The translations under genes were made by a program, and so were the position numbers. Below the pieces are notes generated by a model. That model had not been told where the DNA came from. It did not search any database and saw only the letters and a list, made by a program, of their open reading frames with translations. A DNA stretch of 64,000 nt from contig JAZDGI010000013.1 of assembly GCA_043807085.1 (NCBI GenBank), positions 1,607 to 65,606 on the forward strand, read 5' to 3'. Below, piece after piece: positions 1 to 8,840 of this stretch (within the stretch, counting starts at the first letter, position 1; every line of letters starts with the position of its first letter). The DNA is from a bacterium (GTDB lineage: Bacteria > Patescibacteriota > Minisyncoccia > Minisyncoccales > JAZDGI01).

Positions 1-2
1 TC

Positions 3-3000
3 GCCGTTGGGCTTTTGGCCGCGCCGGCGTTTTTTATTTCGACCGTTCAGGCGCAGGCGTCAGACATTTCTGAAAAACTTCTGCCTCTGGCGACGGAGCT
101 GGGCTGCGAGACAAAGGTGGCCTGCGCGTCATCATTCACGGCGAATTTCTCAAAAGGGCTTGATTTGGCCGAGAAATACGATATTTACAATACCGAGCAG
201 AAAACGCTGGCGAAATCGTTTAAGCAAGAAGTGCTGGCAAACCTTACAGACGTCAGCGAAGGAGATTTTGAACAAAAAATTATTGAAATTGCGAATAATC
301 TTGTGAAAAATAAGCCCAGTTTGGCCAAACAGCTTGGCGTGAATGCGCAAGGAGTTAAAGCAGCTGAGACAATTGTCGCCGAATTAAAGAGTGTTGGCGC
401 TAATCTGACTGTTTGCAGTCGTCCAGCTGATACCCTCGCACGAGAAGAACTTATTACGTGTTTGAACGCGAGCCGGAAATTGGCGGAACGAGCGGGCGAG
501 GTCAAAACTTATATCACGAAGGAAAGACTGACGACGGCAACCAATGCCTTGAATCTTGAAGAGTCGTTGAGACGCGGCGAATACGGCAATTTAGGCCTGA
601 CGGCCGACGAAGTGGGGATGAAATGTCTTCGGTCCGATTCGCCAGCAGTGTGCGATGAAATCGCAAGTAAATTTTTCGGCGAACAAGGCGTCAAAATGCT
701 TAAAGAAGCGAAGGCTCAAGTGACGCAGACCGAAGAATTTTATCGTCAAAACGTCAAGGATTACACCTTGACAGTCTCTGGCGGAGGAACGTTTATTGGG
801 AAAGAGGCGATCAGTGGAGTTTGTGAAAGCGCATTTAAAGAAAAGAATATTGCGTTGGTGCGCGCCTGTGGCGAATTTGCGGTGAAGAATGGGTTTGCTT
901 CGCAAGTAGATGTGAGCCGCGCACTGGAAATTGTCCAGTCCGTCACCGATAAAAACATAAATTTTGACCTTTGTGTTCAGGATCCCGCCGCCTGTGATAC
1001 TTACGTCTCAAATGAGTTGCGCGGCGAATTTGATGCGATGCGGGAAATAGACAAAATTATGCGTCAGGAGATGGGCTTTGACCCGATGCAGTGTAATCAG
1101 AGCGCCACGAACCCAGAAATCGGAAAAAAATGCTTAGAAGCGTCAAGGCGCGCCTTGCCGCAGATTGAAGCAATCAGCACAAATTCAAAAGAAGCTCAAC
1201 AGCTTGTAGCCAATATCAAAAAACAGATTATTTTTGGAGAAGAAGCGCAGAATCAAAAGAACAAAATCCAGCAAGAATTGACAGTTGGCGGCGGACCGGG
1301 CGGTTGCAAAAACGAAGAGGAATGCAACAAATTCTGCGCGAAACCGGAGAACGGACCAGAATGTCTCGCTTTCGGTACTAAACAGGGTTTTTACAAAGAA
1401 GATGAAATAGCGCAACGTTTTGAAGTGTATAATCAGCAGTTTATTATGCCGACGGATTACATTCAGCCAATGTATCCAACAATGGCGTCAGGAACGCTTC
1501 CTAACGCAATGACCGGGGGAGGAATGGGCCAGAGTCCGGAATGTTTCGCGGCGATTCAGATGGGCGACTTTGCCAAAGCTAAGCAAATTTGTTCTGTGCT
1601 GCAGACATTGTCGATAAATCAAACGTCGATGGAACAATATCAGCAATCCTATCAGCCTGTCTGTCCAATGATTTTTCCGGCGCCGTGCCCAATGGGACAG
1701 TATCGAGAACAACAAATTATGAATGGCTGTTCAGTGTTTGGCGCGTGTGTTTTGTACCAAGGAACGAAGATTCAGTTGCCGACACAGCCGCAGCCGTGCC
1801 CGCAAGTGCCGCCTTGTTCTTCAGGGCAATATCATCCCACGGAATTTAATGGTTGTTTGAAAACGGAATGTCTCGTTTCGCAATGGCAGCAGCCGTCGTT
1901 CCCGATCAACCAAGGCGCCTGCACTGGCAGTCAAATCAGGTGTTATAGTCCCGGTAGTCCGGATGGCTGGTGTCAGATGCCGCCTTGTCCGGTAGTCGTA
2001 CCAGCAACTTCTTGCCCCAGCGGAAACTACTGGGATGGGAGTGCCTGCGTGCCTTCAACGTCTGTGCCGCCAACTGCCTGTACCGGTAGTCAGGTTTGGT
2101 GTCCAAGTCCTTCGGGTGGACCCGGCTGGTGTCAGATGCCGCCCTGTTCGGTAACCACCACTCCTCCAGTAACCACTACTTGTCCCACTGGTCAGTATTG
2201 GTATATGCCGTCAGCCGGTGGAACAGGCTATTGCCGAGATAATGCCAGCGTCAGCGCTTGTACTGGCAGCCAAATAAGATGTTATAATTCCAGCACTCCG
2301 GATGGCTGGAGTCAGATGACGCCCTGTCCGCCGGTTACACCATCAACCACCTGTCCCAGCGGTAATTACTGGGATGGGTCTGCTTGTGTACCCTCAACAC
2401 CCGTGTCACCAACTGCTTGTACCGGCAGCCAAATTAGGTGTTATAATTCCAGCACTCCGGATGGCTGGTGTCAGATGCCGCCGTGTCCGTCTTCAAGCAG
2501 CGGGACAGTATCGTGCTCAGGTTCTTACTCGTCAAATGGAGGACAAGCATGTAATTACTCTATGTGTCCAAATGGATGTATTATAGGGCAAAATGGCTGT
2601 CCTACTGGATGTATGTCTCCTCCGCAAATCAGCGATTGTCCTTCGGGCCAATATTGGTGCGCTCCAACTACTTCGGGGGCAAGCGGATGGTGCCAGTCAT
2701 CGCCGTGTCCGTCTTCAAGCAGCGGGACAGTATCGTGCTCAGGCGCTTACTCCGGTGGAGGGTACGCATGTAATTTTTCAATGTGTCCAAACGGTTGCAC
2801 GTTCGGGTCAGACAATTGCCCGAACGGCTGTATGAGTTCGCCACCGCCAAGCGGTAGCGGTTCCTGTACCGGCAGTCAGGTTTGGTGTCCAGGCTCTTCA
2901 GGAGCAGCCGGCTGGTGTCAGATGCCGCCGTGTCCTGTAGCCGTAACTCCGACAACCTGCCCTAGTGGAAACTATTGGGATGGAAGCGCTTGCGTACCTT

Positions 3001-3161
3001 CAACACCGCCTTCTTGTCCCGATGGCAACTACTGGAATGGAAGCGCTTGCGTCGTCAGCGGCATCTTGTCTGAAAATCAATTAGCTGAAATAGCCTCAGC
3101 TTTCAGCAATCTCCGCAATGAAATATTTGGATTGTTTAATTTGCTTAATTTACCGCGTTAA
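3..3161 (+). CDS. Large secreted Cys-rich repeat protein (5' end truncated by window)
   Basis: Frame is open from the window edge (AVGLLAAPAFFISTVQAQA, signal-peptide-like); GGPGGCKNEEEC motif; C-terminal repeats CTGSQ..C..GWCQMPPC and CPSGNYWDGSACV. Confidence 0.85.
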   Translation, partial: AVGLLAAPAFFISTVQAQASDISEKLLPLATELGCETKVACASSFTANFSKGLDLAEKYDIYNTEQKTLAKSFKQEVLANLTDVSEGDFEQKIIEIANNLVKNKPSLAKQLGVNAQGVKAAETIVAELKSVGANLTVCSRPADTLAREELITCLNASRKLAERAGEVKTYITKERLTTATNALNLEESLRRGEYGNLGLTADEVGMKCLRSDSPAVCDEIASKFFGEQGVKMLKEAKAQVTQTEEFYRQNVKDYTLTVSGGGTFIGKEAISGVCESAFKEKNIALVRACGEFAVKNGFASQVDVSRALEIVQSVTDKNINFDLCVQDPAACDTYVSNELRGEFDAMREIDKIMRQEMGFDPMQCNQSATNPEIGKKCLEASRRALPQIEAISTNSKEAQQLVANIKKQIIFGEEAQNQKNKIQQELTVGGGPGGCKNEEECNKFCAKPENGPECLAFGTKQGFYKEDEIAQRFEVYNQQFIMPTDYIQPMYPTMASGTLPNAMTGGGMGQSPECFAAIQMGDFAKAKQICSVLQTLSINQTSMEQYQQSYQPVCPMIFPAPCPMGQYREQQIMNGCSVFGACVLYQGTKIQLPTQPQPCPQVPPCSSGQYHPTEFNGCLKTECLVSQWQQPSFPINQGACTGSQIRCYSPGSPDGWCQMPPCPVVVPATSCPSGNYWDGSACVPSTSVPPTACTGSQVWCPSPSGGPGWCQMPPCSVTTTPPVTTTCPTGQYWYMPSAGGTGYCRDNASVSACTGSQIRCYNSSTPDGWSQMTPCPPVTPSTTCPSGNYWDGSACVPSTPVSPTACTGSQIRCYNSSTPDGWCQMPPCPSSSSGTVSCSGSYSSNGGQACNYSMCPNGCIIGQNGCPTGCMSPPQISDCPSGQYWCAPTTSGASGWCQSSPCPSSSSGTVSCSGAYSGGGYACNFSMCPNGCTFGSDNCPNGCMSSPPPSGSGSCTGSQVWCPGSSGAAGWCQMPPCPVAVTPTTCPSGNYWDGSACVPSTPPSCPDGNYWNGSACVVSGILSENQLAEIASAFSNLRNEIFGLFNLLNLPR

Positions 3162-3169
3162 GTGGGAAA

Positions 3170-3190
3170 TTAGACGTTGAATGTCTAACA
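3170..3190. repeat. Degenerate copy of the RAYT-associated palindrome
   Basis: TTAGACGTT-G-AATGTCTAACA resembles ATGTTAGACATC-G-GATGTCTAACAT at 45406. Confidence 0.7.
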
Positions 3191-3231
3191 ATCTCGCCAA
3201 CGATAGTTGATTATTTTAAAATAGAAGCAGG

Positions 3232-3260
3232 TTGACTGATTGTCTTGGGTATGCTAAGCT
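3232..3260 (+). promoter_or_regulatory. Sigma70-like promoter of csp
   Basis: TTGACT-17nt-TAAGCT with TG extension. Confidence 0.5.
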
Positions 3261-3316
3261 TAACGTTGTTAGGTCGAAACTTTAAATTACTAAGTTAAAA
3301 ATCACAAGCTGTAAAT

Positions 3317-3514
3317 ATGGAAGGAACAATCAAAACTATCACCGACAAAGGCTTTGGATTCATTGCCGTTGACGGAGAGGAAAAAGATTTATTTTTCCAC
3401 AGAAATGAGCTTCAGGGCGTAACTTTCGAAGAGCTGAAAGTAGGAGACAGGGTTTCTTTTGAAAAGGGCGATTCGCCCAAGGGCCCTAACGCCAAAAGCG
3501 TAACCCGCATTTAA
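3317..3514 (+). CDS. cspA: Cold-shock domain protein
   Basis: KGFGFI (RNP1), DLFFH (RNP2), KGPNA. Confidence 0.95.
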   Translation: MEGTIKTITDKGFGFIAVDGEEKDLFFHRNELQGVTFEELKVGDRVSFEKGDSPKGPNAKSVTRI

Positions 3515-3518
3515 GTTT

Positions 3519-3599
3519 ATGGGTATAGGATGGCTTACGCAAAAAAGACGCAATAGGAAAACAAGGAAAAAAGGAAAGAAGCAGAGAGAAAAAAGATAG
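3519..3599 (+). CDS. Putative 26-aa highly basic micro-protein (not in ORF track)
   Basis: MGIGWLTQKRRNRKTRKKGKKQREKR*; starts 4 nt after the csp stop and is followed by a hairpin. Confidence 0.45.
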   Translation: MGIGWLTQKRRNRKTRKKGKKQREKR

Positions 3600-3606
3600 A
3601 AAAGAC

Positions 3607-3653
3607 CCCGCCGTCTAAGCAGTATATAAATCATACTAGCCAAGACGGCGGTT
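3607..3653 (+). terminator. Stem-loop after csp and micro-ORF
   Basis: CCGCCGTCT...AGACGGCGG followed by TTT. Confidence 0.45.
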
Positions 3654-3672
3654 TGTTATAATTATATTAAAA

Positions 3673-4137
3673 ATGACAAAATATTTAACGGCCGAAGGCC
3701 TTGAAAAATTAAAAAAAGAGCTTGATCATTTAGAGAAAGTGGAGAGAAGGGAGATTTCAGAGAAAATAAGGCAAACAGCGGCTTTCGGCGACCTCAAGGA
3801 AAACTTCGCTTATCACGAGGCAAAAGACGCCCAAGGGTTTTTGGAGGGTAGGATTCGGGAACTAAAGGGAGTTATTGCTGGTGCCAAGGTAATAGAAAAA
3901 AATAGAAGCGGGAAAGTCCAGGCCGGCTCTATTGTTTTGCTTGATTCCAGCGACGGGCAGAGGGAAGGCAAAGAGGAATTCCAGATTGTCGGCCCTGAAG
4001 AAGCCGATATTTTCAAGGGAAAAATTTCTTATCAGTCTCCTTTGGGCGCGGCTCTTTTGGGAAAAACCAAGGGAGATAAAGCAGTCATAAAGTCTTCCGA
4101 TGGCATTATTGAGTATAAAATTTTAGAGATTAAGTGA
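3673..4137 (+). CDS. greA: Transcription elongation factor GreA
   Basis: YLTAEGLEKLKKEL, GDLKENFAYH, ISYQSPLGAALLGK. Confidence 0.95.
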   Translation: MTKYLTAEGLEKLKKELDHLEKVERREISEKIRQTAAFGDLKENFAYHEAKDAQGFLEGRIRELKGVIAGAKVIEKNRSGKVQAGSIVLLDSSDGQREGKEEFQIVGPEEADIFKGKISYQSPLGAALLGKTKGDKAVIKSSDGIIEYKILEIK

Positions 4138-4154
4138 TTTTTCTCAGTCAAAAC

Positions 4155-4179
4155 AAAAACCCCCTTTTCGGGGGTTTTT
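4155..4179. terminator. Bidirectional intrinsic terminator
   Basis: AAAAACCCCC-TTTTC-GGGGGTTTTT between convergent genes. Confidence 0.85.
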
Positions 4180-4188
4180 GCGATTAGC

Positions 4189-4374
4189 TTATCTGCTGAA
4201 TCTTTGGGCTCTTTTTTTGGCCCAGCAATCTTTGCAGAAAATTGGTCTGTCTTCAGAAGGCGCGAAAGGAAGTTCTGTTATTTCCTTTTGGCATTCAGAG
4301 CAGTTCCAATTGCCTTTGACCATTTCCCTGGGAGCGAAATCTCGGCCAGGCTGGTCATTGAAATTCTTGAACAT
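4189..4374 (-). CDS. CxxC-x17-CxxC zinc-ribbon protein
   Basis: CSEC...ELPFAPSEDRPIFCKDC. Confidence 0.9.
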   Translation of the reverse strand: MFKNFNDQPGRDFAPREMVKGNWNCSECQKEITELPFAPSEDRPIFCKDCWAKKRAQRFSR

Positions 4375-4513
4375 GTGAGAACGATAATAACTTGAGTTTA
4401 AAGCGACCTTTATGACCTAAAAGTCGCTTTTTAATACGACTCTCGATCTGAGGCTATTATACTCTTTATTAAAAACTTGTCAAATGGGCTGGCTTTGACT
4501 ATAATGATGAAAA

Positions 4514-5272
4514 ATGAACACGTTCTTCTGGATATTAATTTTTACTTTTTCAATCAGCCTGGTTTCTTTCAGCGGAGCCCTGATTTTATTTTTGAAAGAA
4601 AAAGTTTTAAACAGGGTGCTTTTGCTTTTAGTCGCTTTTTCAGCCGGAGCCTTTCTAGGAAGCGCCTTCCTTGATTTGATTCCGGAAGCATTGGAGGGAA
4701 TAGAGTTTGAACAGGCCCGGATGACGGAAGTTTTTCTTTATCTGATTTTTGGCTTCTGTTCTTTTTTTATTTTAGAGCAGTTTATTCAATGGCACCATCA
4801 TCATTCCCTCAACCATCCGGAGATTAAAGTTTTTTCCCGAATGATTTTATTTTCAGACGGTCTTCATAATTTTATTGACGGGGTTGTTATTGCCGGGGCG
4901 TTTATGGTCGGGTTTCCGGTGGGAGTGGCGGCGGCTTTGGCCGTTGCCCTGCACGAAATTCCCCAGGGCGTTGGCAATTTCAGTTGCTTGCTTTACGGCG
5001 GATTTAAGAAAACCAGAGCTTTGTTTTTGAACTTTATTGCCAATACCACCATAATCTTGGGCGGAGTTTTTGGTTTTTTGCTGGCTGAAAAAGCCGGCGA
5101 GAAAATATTTTTTATCTTGCCTTTTGCCGCCGGCGGTTTTATATATGTTGCGGCGTCTGATCTTATTCCTCAAATCAAAGAGGAGTGGGGAATGAAAAAG
5201 TCTGCCCTTCATTTTTTGCTGTTTCTGGCCGGTATTGCTTTGATGTGGGTATTGACTAGCTTTCTTGCTTAA
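4514..5272 (+). CDS. ZIP family metal transporter
   Basis: DGLHNFIDG, HEIPQ, His-rich loop, multiple TM segments. Confidence 0.92.
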   Translation: MNTFFWILIFTFSISLVSFSGALILFLKEKVLNRVLLLLVAFSAGAFLGSAFLDLIPEALEGIEFEQARMTEVFLYLIFGFCSFFILEQFIQWHHHHSLNHPEIKVFSRMILFSDGLHNFIDGVVIAGAFMVGFPVGVAAALAVALHEIPQGVGNFSCLLYGGFKKTRALFLNFIANTTIILGGVFGFLLAEKAGEKIFFILPFAAGGFIYVAASDLIPQIKEEWGMKKSALHFLLFLAGIALMWVLTSFLA

Positions 5273-5368
5273 ATTAAGCTAGAATAAGTTAAAGTTATAG
5301 AGAGGGCGATGCCTCTAACACAATAAAAAGAAAAAGGTCGGTTTTGAAAATTAATTTTGCATACTAAA

Positions 5369-5530
5369 ATGGCATCAATCGCTTACTGCGTTAAATGTAA
5401 GGCAAAGAGAGAAATGTTGGGAGAGAAAGAAGTCCCGATGAAGGGAAAGGGTGGAGTAAAGAGAAGGGCTTTAACCGGCACCTGCTCCAAATGCGGAACA
5501 AAGATGTTTAGGATTTTAGGCAAGGCCTAG
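5369..5530 (+). CDS. Small zinc-ribbon protein, DUF5679-like (not in ORF track)
   Basis: MASIAYCVKCKAKREM...GTCSKCGTKMFRILGKA, 53 aa. Confidence 0.85.
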   Translation: MASIAYCVKCKAKREMLGEKEVPMKGKGGVKRRALTGTCSKCGTKMFRILGKA

Positions 5531-5553
5531 TTTTAATCGTCGTATCTCTTTTT

Positions 5554-5591
5554 AAAACGCCCGAGGCAGTTTTTCTGCTCTCGGGCGTTTT
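5554..5591 (+). terminator. Intrinsic terminator
   Basis: AAAACGCCCGAG...CTCGGGCGTTTT. Confidence 0.8.
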
Positions 5592-5662
5592 AAGTTAAAA
5601 AGAGTTTGCATGAGGCCGGACCTCATACAACTTTCTAGGTTTATTGTTTTAAAAAAAAGAAG

Positions 5663-5700
5663 AACCCCGGGCTGAACAGTTTTCTGTTCAGCTCGAGGTT
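5663..5700 (-). terminator. Terminator hairpin for the minus-strand gene
   Basis: GCTGAACAG-TTTT-CTGTTCAGC stem with an A-run on its left. Confidence 0.65.
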
Positions 5701-5710
5701 ATAAAACCCG

Positions 5711-6418
5711 CTAATCCGCAGGTCCCGGGGAATAATAGATGGGGGAGTGCCAATCTTCCCCACCCCAGGAAGAGAAATGACACATTATATAGTATTCTCC
5801 TCCTGGGAACGACTCGACAAACGAATTGATATTAATCGAGCATTCCCCGTTATCCGCCACTGCGGCGGAGTGAAAGAGGTTTTGCGGAACTGAAAAAAGG
5901 TTCATCCTTATCGGTTCCCCTCCAGCATTTCCAATGGACTCCCAGCTGACGTGAACAACGCCAGCTTTCATCTGGAACTTAACGTTCCGCAGCTGTGGCA
6001 GCTCGCGCAATACTGTTTCAATCAGTACGGGGCTATTTTCCCGCCAGAGGAGGGTGACCATGGCTTTGCAATTTTGTCCAGGAAGAACCTCTATTTGATT
6101 CTTCCCGGGGAAAATATGGGTTCCGTCCTTGTGCTGGATTGAAAGGAAGACTCTACAGGAGCCAGTGTCCCCCAAGAAGAACATATTGACCGTGACAAAT
6201 CGAGTAATGCCGGTGTTGTTTTGCAGGGAAAAACGTTGATAAAGCCAGTTTTCCCCTACCATTTTCTCCTCAAGGGCTATGTTTAGGCCTTGAGCTACAA
6301 TAAACCGAGGAGGTAGTATTATGATATCACTCGGGGCGGCTGAGGTAGGCGTTGGCTGCCAAGCCAGCCCAATCACTGCCACTAAGATTGCCAGAAATAC
6401 CGAGGTTACGTTTTTCAC
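5711..6418 (-). CDS. Hypothetical secreted protein
   Basis: 235-aa ORF, N-terminal signal peptide, GAGG upstream. Confidence 0.7.
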   Translation of the reverse strand: MKNVTSVFLAILVAVIGLAWQPTPTSAAPSDIIILPPRFIVAQGLNIALEEKMVGENWLYQRFSLQNNTGITRFVTVNMFFLGDTGSCRVFLSIQHKDGTHIFPGKNQIEVLPGQNCKAMVTLLWRENSPVLIETVLRELPQLRNVKFQMKAGVVHVSWESIGNAGGEPIRMNLFSVPQNLFHSAAVADNGECSININSFVESFPGGEYYIMCHFSSWGGEDWHSPIYYSPGPAD

Positions 6419-6581
6419 CTTGTTCCTCCTAGACGTATATTTTCCTGGACGGCAATGCCGTCCGAAATCCCTATTTTGACGCGATATTTAATGACCTAAA
6501 GCGATTATACAGATATTTTAATAATTGTCAAGGAGGAGTTTTTTAAAAACATGATAGGCTGAATATATAGACTGAATATAT

Positions 6582-7445
6582 ATGATAGGAAGAATGAAGA
6601 AAAATCAGATTTTGATAATTTTGAGCGGGCTGGTCTTTTTCAATGTTTTGGCTTGGCTGGTAGTTTATGATTCAAGCAAGAATAAGTTTTTGGAAGTGAA
6701 TTTTTTTGATGTGGGACAAGGGGATAGTATTTTTATTGAGACTCCCGGCCGAGCGCAGATTTTGATTGACGGCGGGCCCGACTCGGCTGTTTTAGAAAAG
6801 CTGGCAAAAGAAATGCCTTTTTGGGATAGGACGATTGATCTGGTCATTTTAACGCATCCGGAGAAAGATCATTTGGCAGGTCTTTTGGATGTTTTGAGCA
6901 AATACAAAGTGGAAAATATTTTATGGACAGGAATTATCCGAGATACCGCCGAATATCAAGAATGGGTAAAGCTGATTGAGTCCGAAGGGGCGAAAATCTT
7001 TATCGCCAAAGCCGGCACGCGCGCGCTCTCGGAGAGCGCGCGTATTGATATTTTATCTCCGCTTGAAAGTCTGGTTGGTCAGGAATTCAAAGACAGCAAC
7101 GACACCTCAATCGTTGCTAAATTAACTTTTGGCGAAAGTTCTTTTTTGTTCACCGGCGACATCTCAAAATCAGTTGAAAAAGAGCTGAATAAGAATGATG
7201 TTGATTCCGACGTTTTAAAAGTCGGCCACCACGGCAGTAAAACATCAAGCGGAGAAGAGTTTATCAAAGAGGTTTCTCCGCAAATCGCCGTAATTTCGGC
7301 TGGCAAAAATAACTCTTACGGCCATCCCCATAAAGAAGTCTTGGATATTTTAAATGAATATGGTATTCATATATATGAGACAGGCAAAGACGGCGATATA
7401 AAAATAATTTCAGACGGAGAAAATTATGCAATTTCCAATTTTTAA
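6582..7445 (+). CDS. ComEC/Rec2-related metallo-beta-lactamase-fold hydrolase
   Basis: FDVGQGD, LIDGG, THPEKDH, LKVGHHGS, YGHPH. Confidence 0.9.
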   Translation: MIGRMKKNQILIILSGLVFFNVLAWLVVYDSSKNKFLEVNFFDVGQGDSIFIETPGRAQILIDGGPDSAVLEKLAKEMPFWDRTIDLVILTHPEKDHLAGLLDVLSKYKVENILWTGIIRDTAEYQEWVKLIESEGAKIFIAKAGTRALSESARIDILSPLESLVGQEFKDSNDTSIVAKLTFGESSFLFTGDISKSVEKELNKNDVDSDVLKVGHHGSKTSSGEEFIKEVSPQIAVISAGKNNSYGHPHKEVLDILNEYGIHIYETGKDGDIKIISDGENYAISNF

Positions 7446-8490
7446 AACTAAAATTGAAAGATCGGCTAAGAAATTTAATTTAACCGACCCAGTGGAGCAA
7501 GAGGAGTATTTTGAATTAAAAGCCGGTTCGGAAATTCAAAAAATAAAAGATTATTTAAAAACCAATACTTTCGTCGCTTATCTTTTAGGCAAGAAAAATT
7601 CCGGCAAAGGTACTTATGCAAAAATGTTCGGGGAAATTGTGGGCAAAGACAAGGTAGAACATCTGTCAGTCGGGGATATGATCAGGAATATTGATAAGGA
7701 ACTCCAGAATCCCGAAACAAAAAAAGAACTAATAGCTTTTTTGGAAAAAAATTATCGGGGGAGGCTTCCTTTAGCCGAAATAACTTCGGCCTTGGCAAGG
7801 AGAAGCACCAAGACCCTTTTGCCTACGGAATTGATTCTGGCCTTGGTTAAAAGAGAGATAGCTAAGAAAGAAAAAAAAGCAGTTTTTATTGACGGATTTC
7901 CCAGGGATTTAGATCAAATTAATTTTTCTCTGTTTTTCCGCGACCTGATAGGCTACCGAGAAGATCCGGATATTTTTGTTTTGATTGATGTGCCGACCGC
8001 CGTCATAGACGAGAGGATTAAATGGAGAAGAGTTTGTCCCGTTTGCCAGACTTCCAGAAATTTAAAGCTCCTCCTGACCTCAAAAGTGGGCTACCGAGAA
8101 AAAACCAAAGAATTTTATTTGATTTGTGATAACCCCGAATGCCAAGAAGCGGAAATGCTTCCCAAGGAGGGAGATAAGGCAGGGATTAAGCCGATTAAAA
8201 AGAGATTAAAGATGGATGAAAAATTGATTGGCGAGGCGTTTTCCCTTTACGGCATACCTAAAATTTTATTGCGGAATTCCGTGCCCCAAAAATCCGCTCA
8301 AAATTATGTTGACGATTACGAGATTACTCCCGAGTATTCTTTTGACTGGGATGAAAAAAACAAAAAAGTTAAAATTATTGAAAGGCCTTGGCTGATAAAA
8401 GATAGCGAAGGAATCCGGTCTTACAGTTTATTGGCCCAACCAGTAGTAGTTTCTCTGATTAAACAAACGGCTAAAGTTTTAAATTTGTAA
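7426..8490 (+). CDS. Adenylate kinase-like NMP kinase (long form)
   Basis: GKKNSGKGT P-loop, LSVGD, IDGFPR, RRVCPVC lid. Confidence 0.8.
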   Translation: MQFPIFKTKIERSAKKFNLTDPVEQEEYFELKAGSEIQKIKDYLKTNTFVAYLLGKKNSGKGTYAKMFGEIVGKDKVEHLSVGDMIRNIDKELQNPETKKELIAFLEKNYRGRLPLAEITSALARRSTKTLLPTELILALVKREIAKKEKKAVFIDGFPRDLDQINFSLFFRDLIGYREDPDIFVLIDVPTAVIDERIKWRRVCPVCQTSRNLKLLLTSKVGYREKTKEFYLICDNPECQEAEMLPKEGDKAGIKPIKKRLKMDEKLIGEAFSLYGIPKILLRNSVPQKSAQNYVDDYEITPEYSFDWDEKNKKVKIIERPWLIKDSEGIRSYSLLAQPVVVSLIKQTAKVLNL

Positions 8491-8500
8491 GCGCGCGTAG

Positions 8501-8571
8501 TCGGGCTGTGGGGAATTGAACCCCAATCTTACCCACCCCAAGGGTAAATACTGCCGTTGTACTACAACCCG
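8501..8571 (-). tRNA. tRNA-Pro(GGG)
   Basis: Reverse-strand cloverleaf CGGGTTG/CAGCCCG, anticodon loop TTGGGGT, T-arm GGTTCAATTCC. Confidence 0.92.
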
Positions 8572-8595
8572 ATTTTTGGTTTCACGCTTCCCTTA

Positions 8596-8784
8596 TTATT
8601 TTTTCTTTCCTGCGGCTTTAATGCATTTGGCGCAAACCAAAATCCGTTTTCCAGCAGGTCCAGCGAACCATTGGAGATTGGGAAGCTGTTTTCTTTTGAT
8701 AGTCGGATTGTAGCGCTGGTGGAATTTCACTCTCCGCCAGACCATTTTACTGCCTTTGCCGCAGATGGCGCATTTTTTAGTCAT
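8596..8784 (-). CDS. rpmB: 50S ribosomal protein L28
   Basis: CAICGK...KRKQLPNLQ...VCAKCIK. Confidence 0.9.
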   Translation of the reverse strand: MTKKCAICGKGSKMVWRRVKFHQRYNPTIKRKQLPNLQWFAGPAGKRILVCAKCIKAAGKKK

Positions 8785-8840
8785 AAAATTATTTTAGCAA
8801 AGATTTTAAATATTTTCAAGAATAGTGTAAAATAAACAAT

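Noticed and set aside
1915-3060. Repeats as diversity-generating retroelement TR/VR
   Set aside because: Repeats are in-frame protein modules, differences are not adenine-specific, and no reverse transcriptase is in the window
6551-6589. Short direct repeats (CTGAATATATA x2) upstream of the ComEC-like gene
   Set aside because: AT-rich and short; cannot be separated from a local duplication
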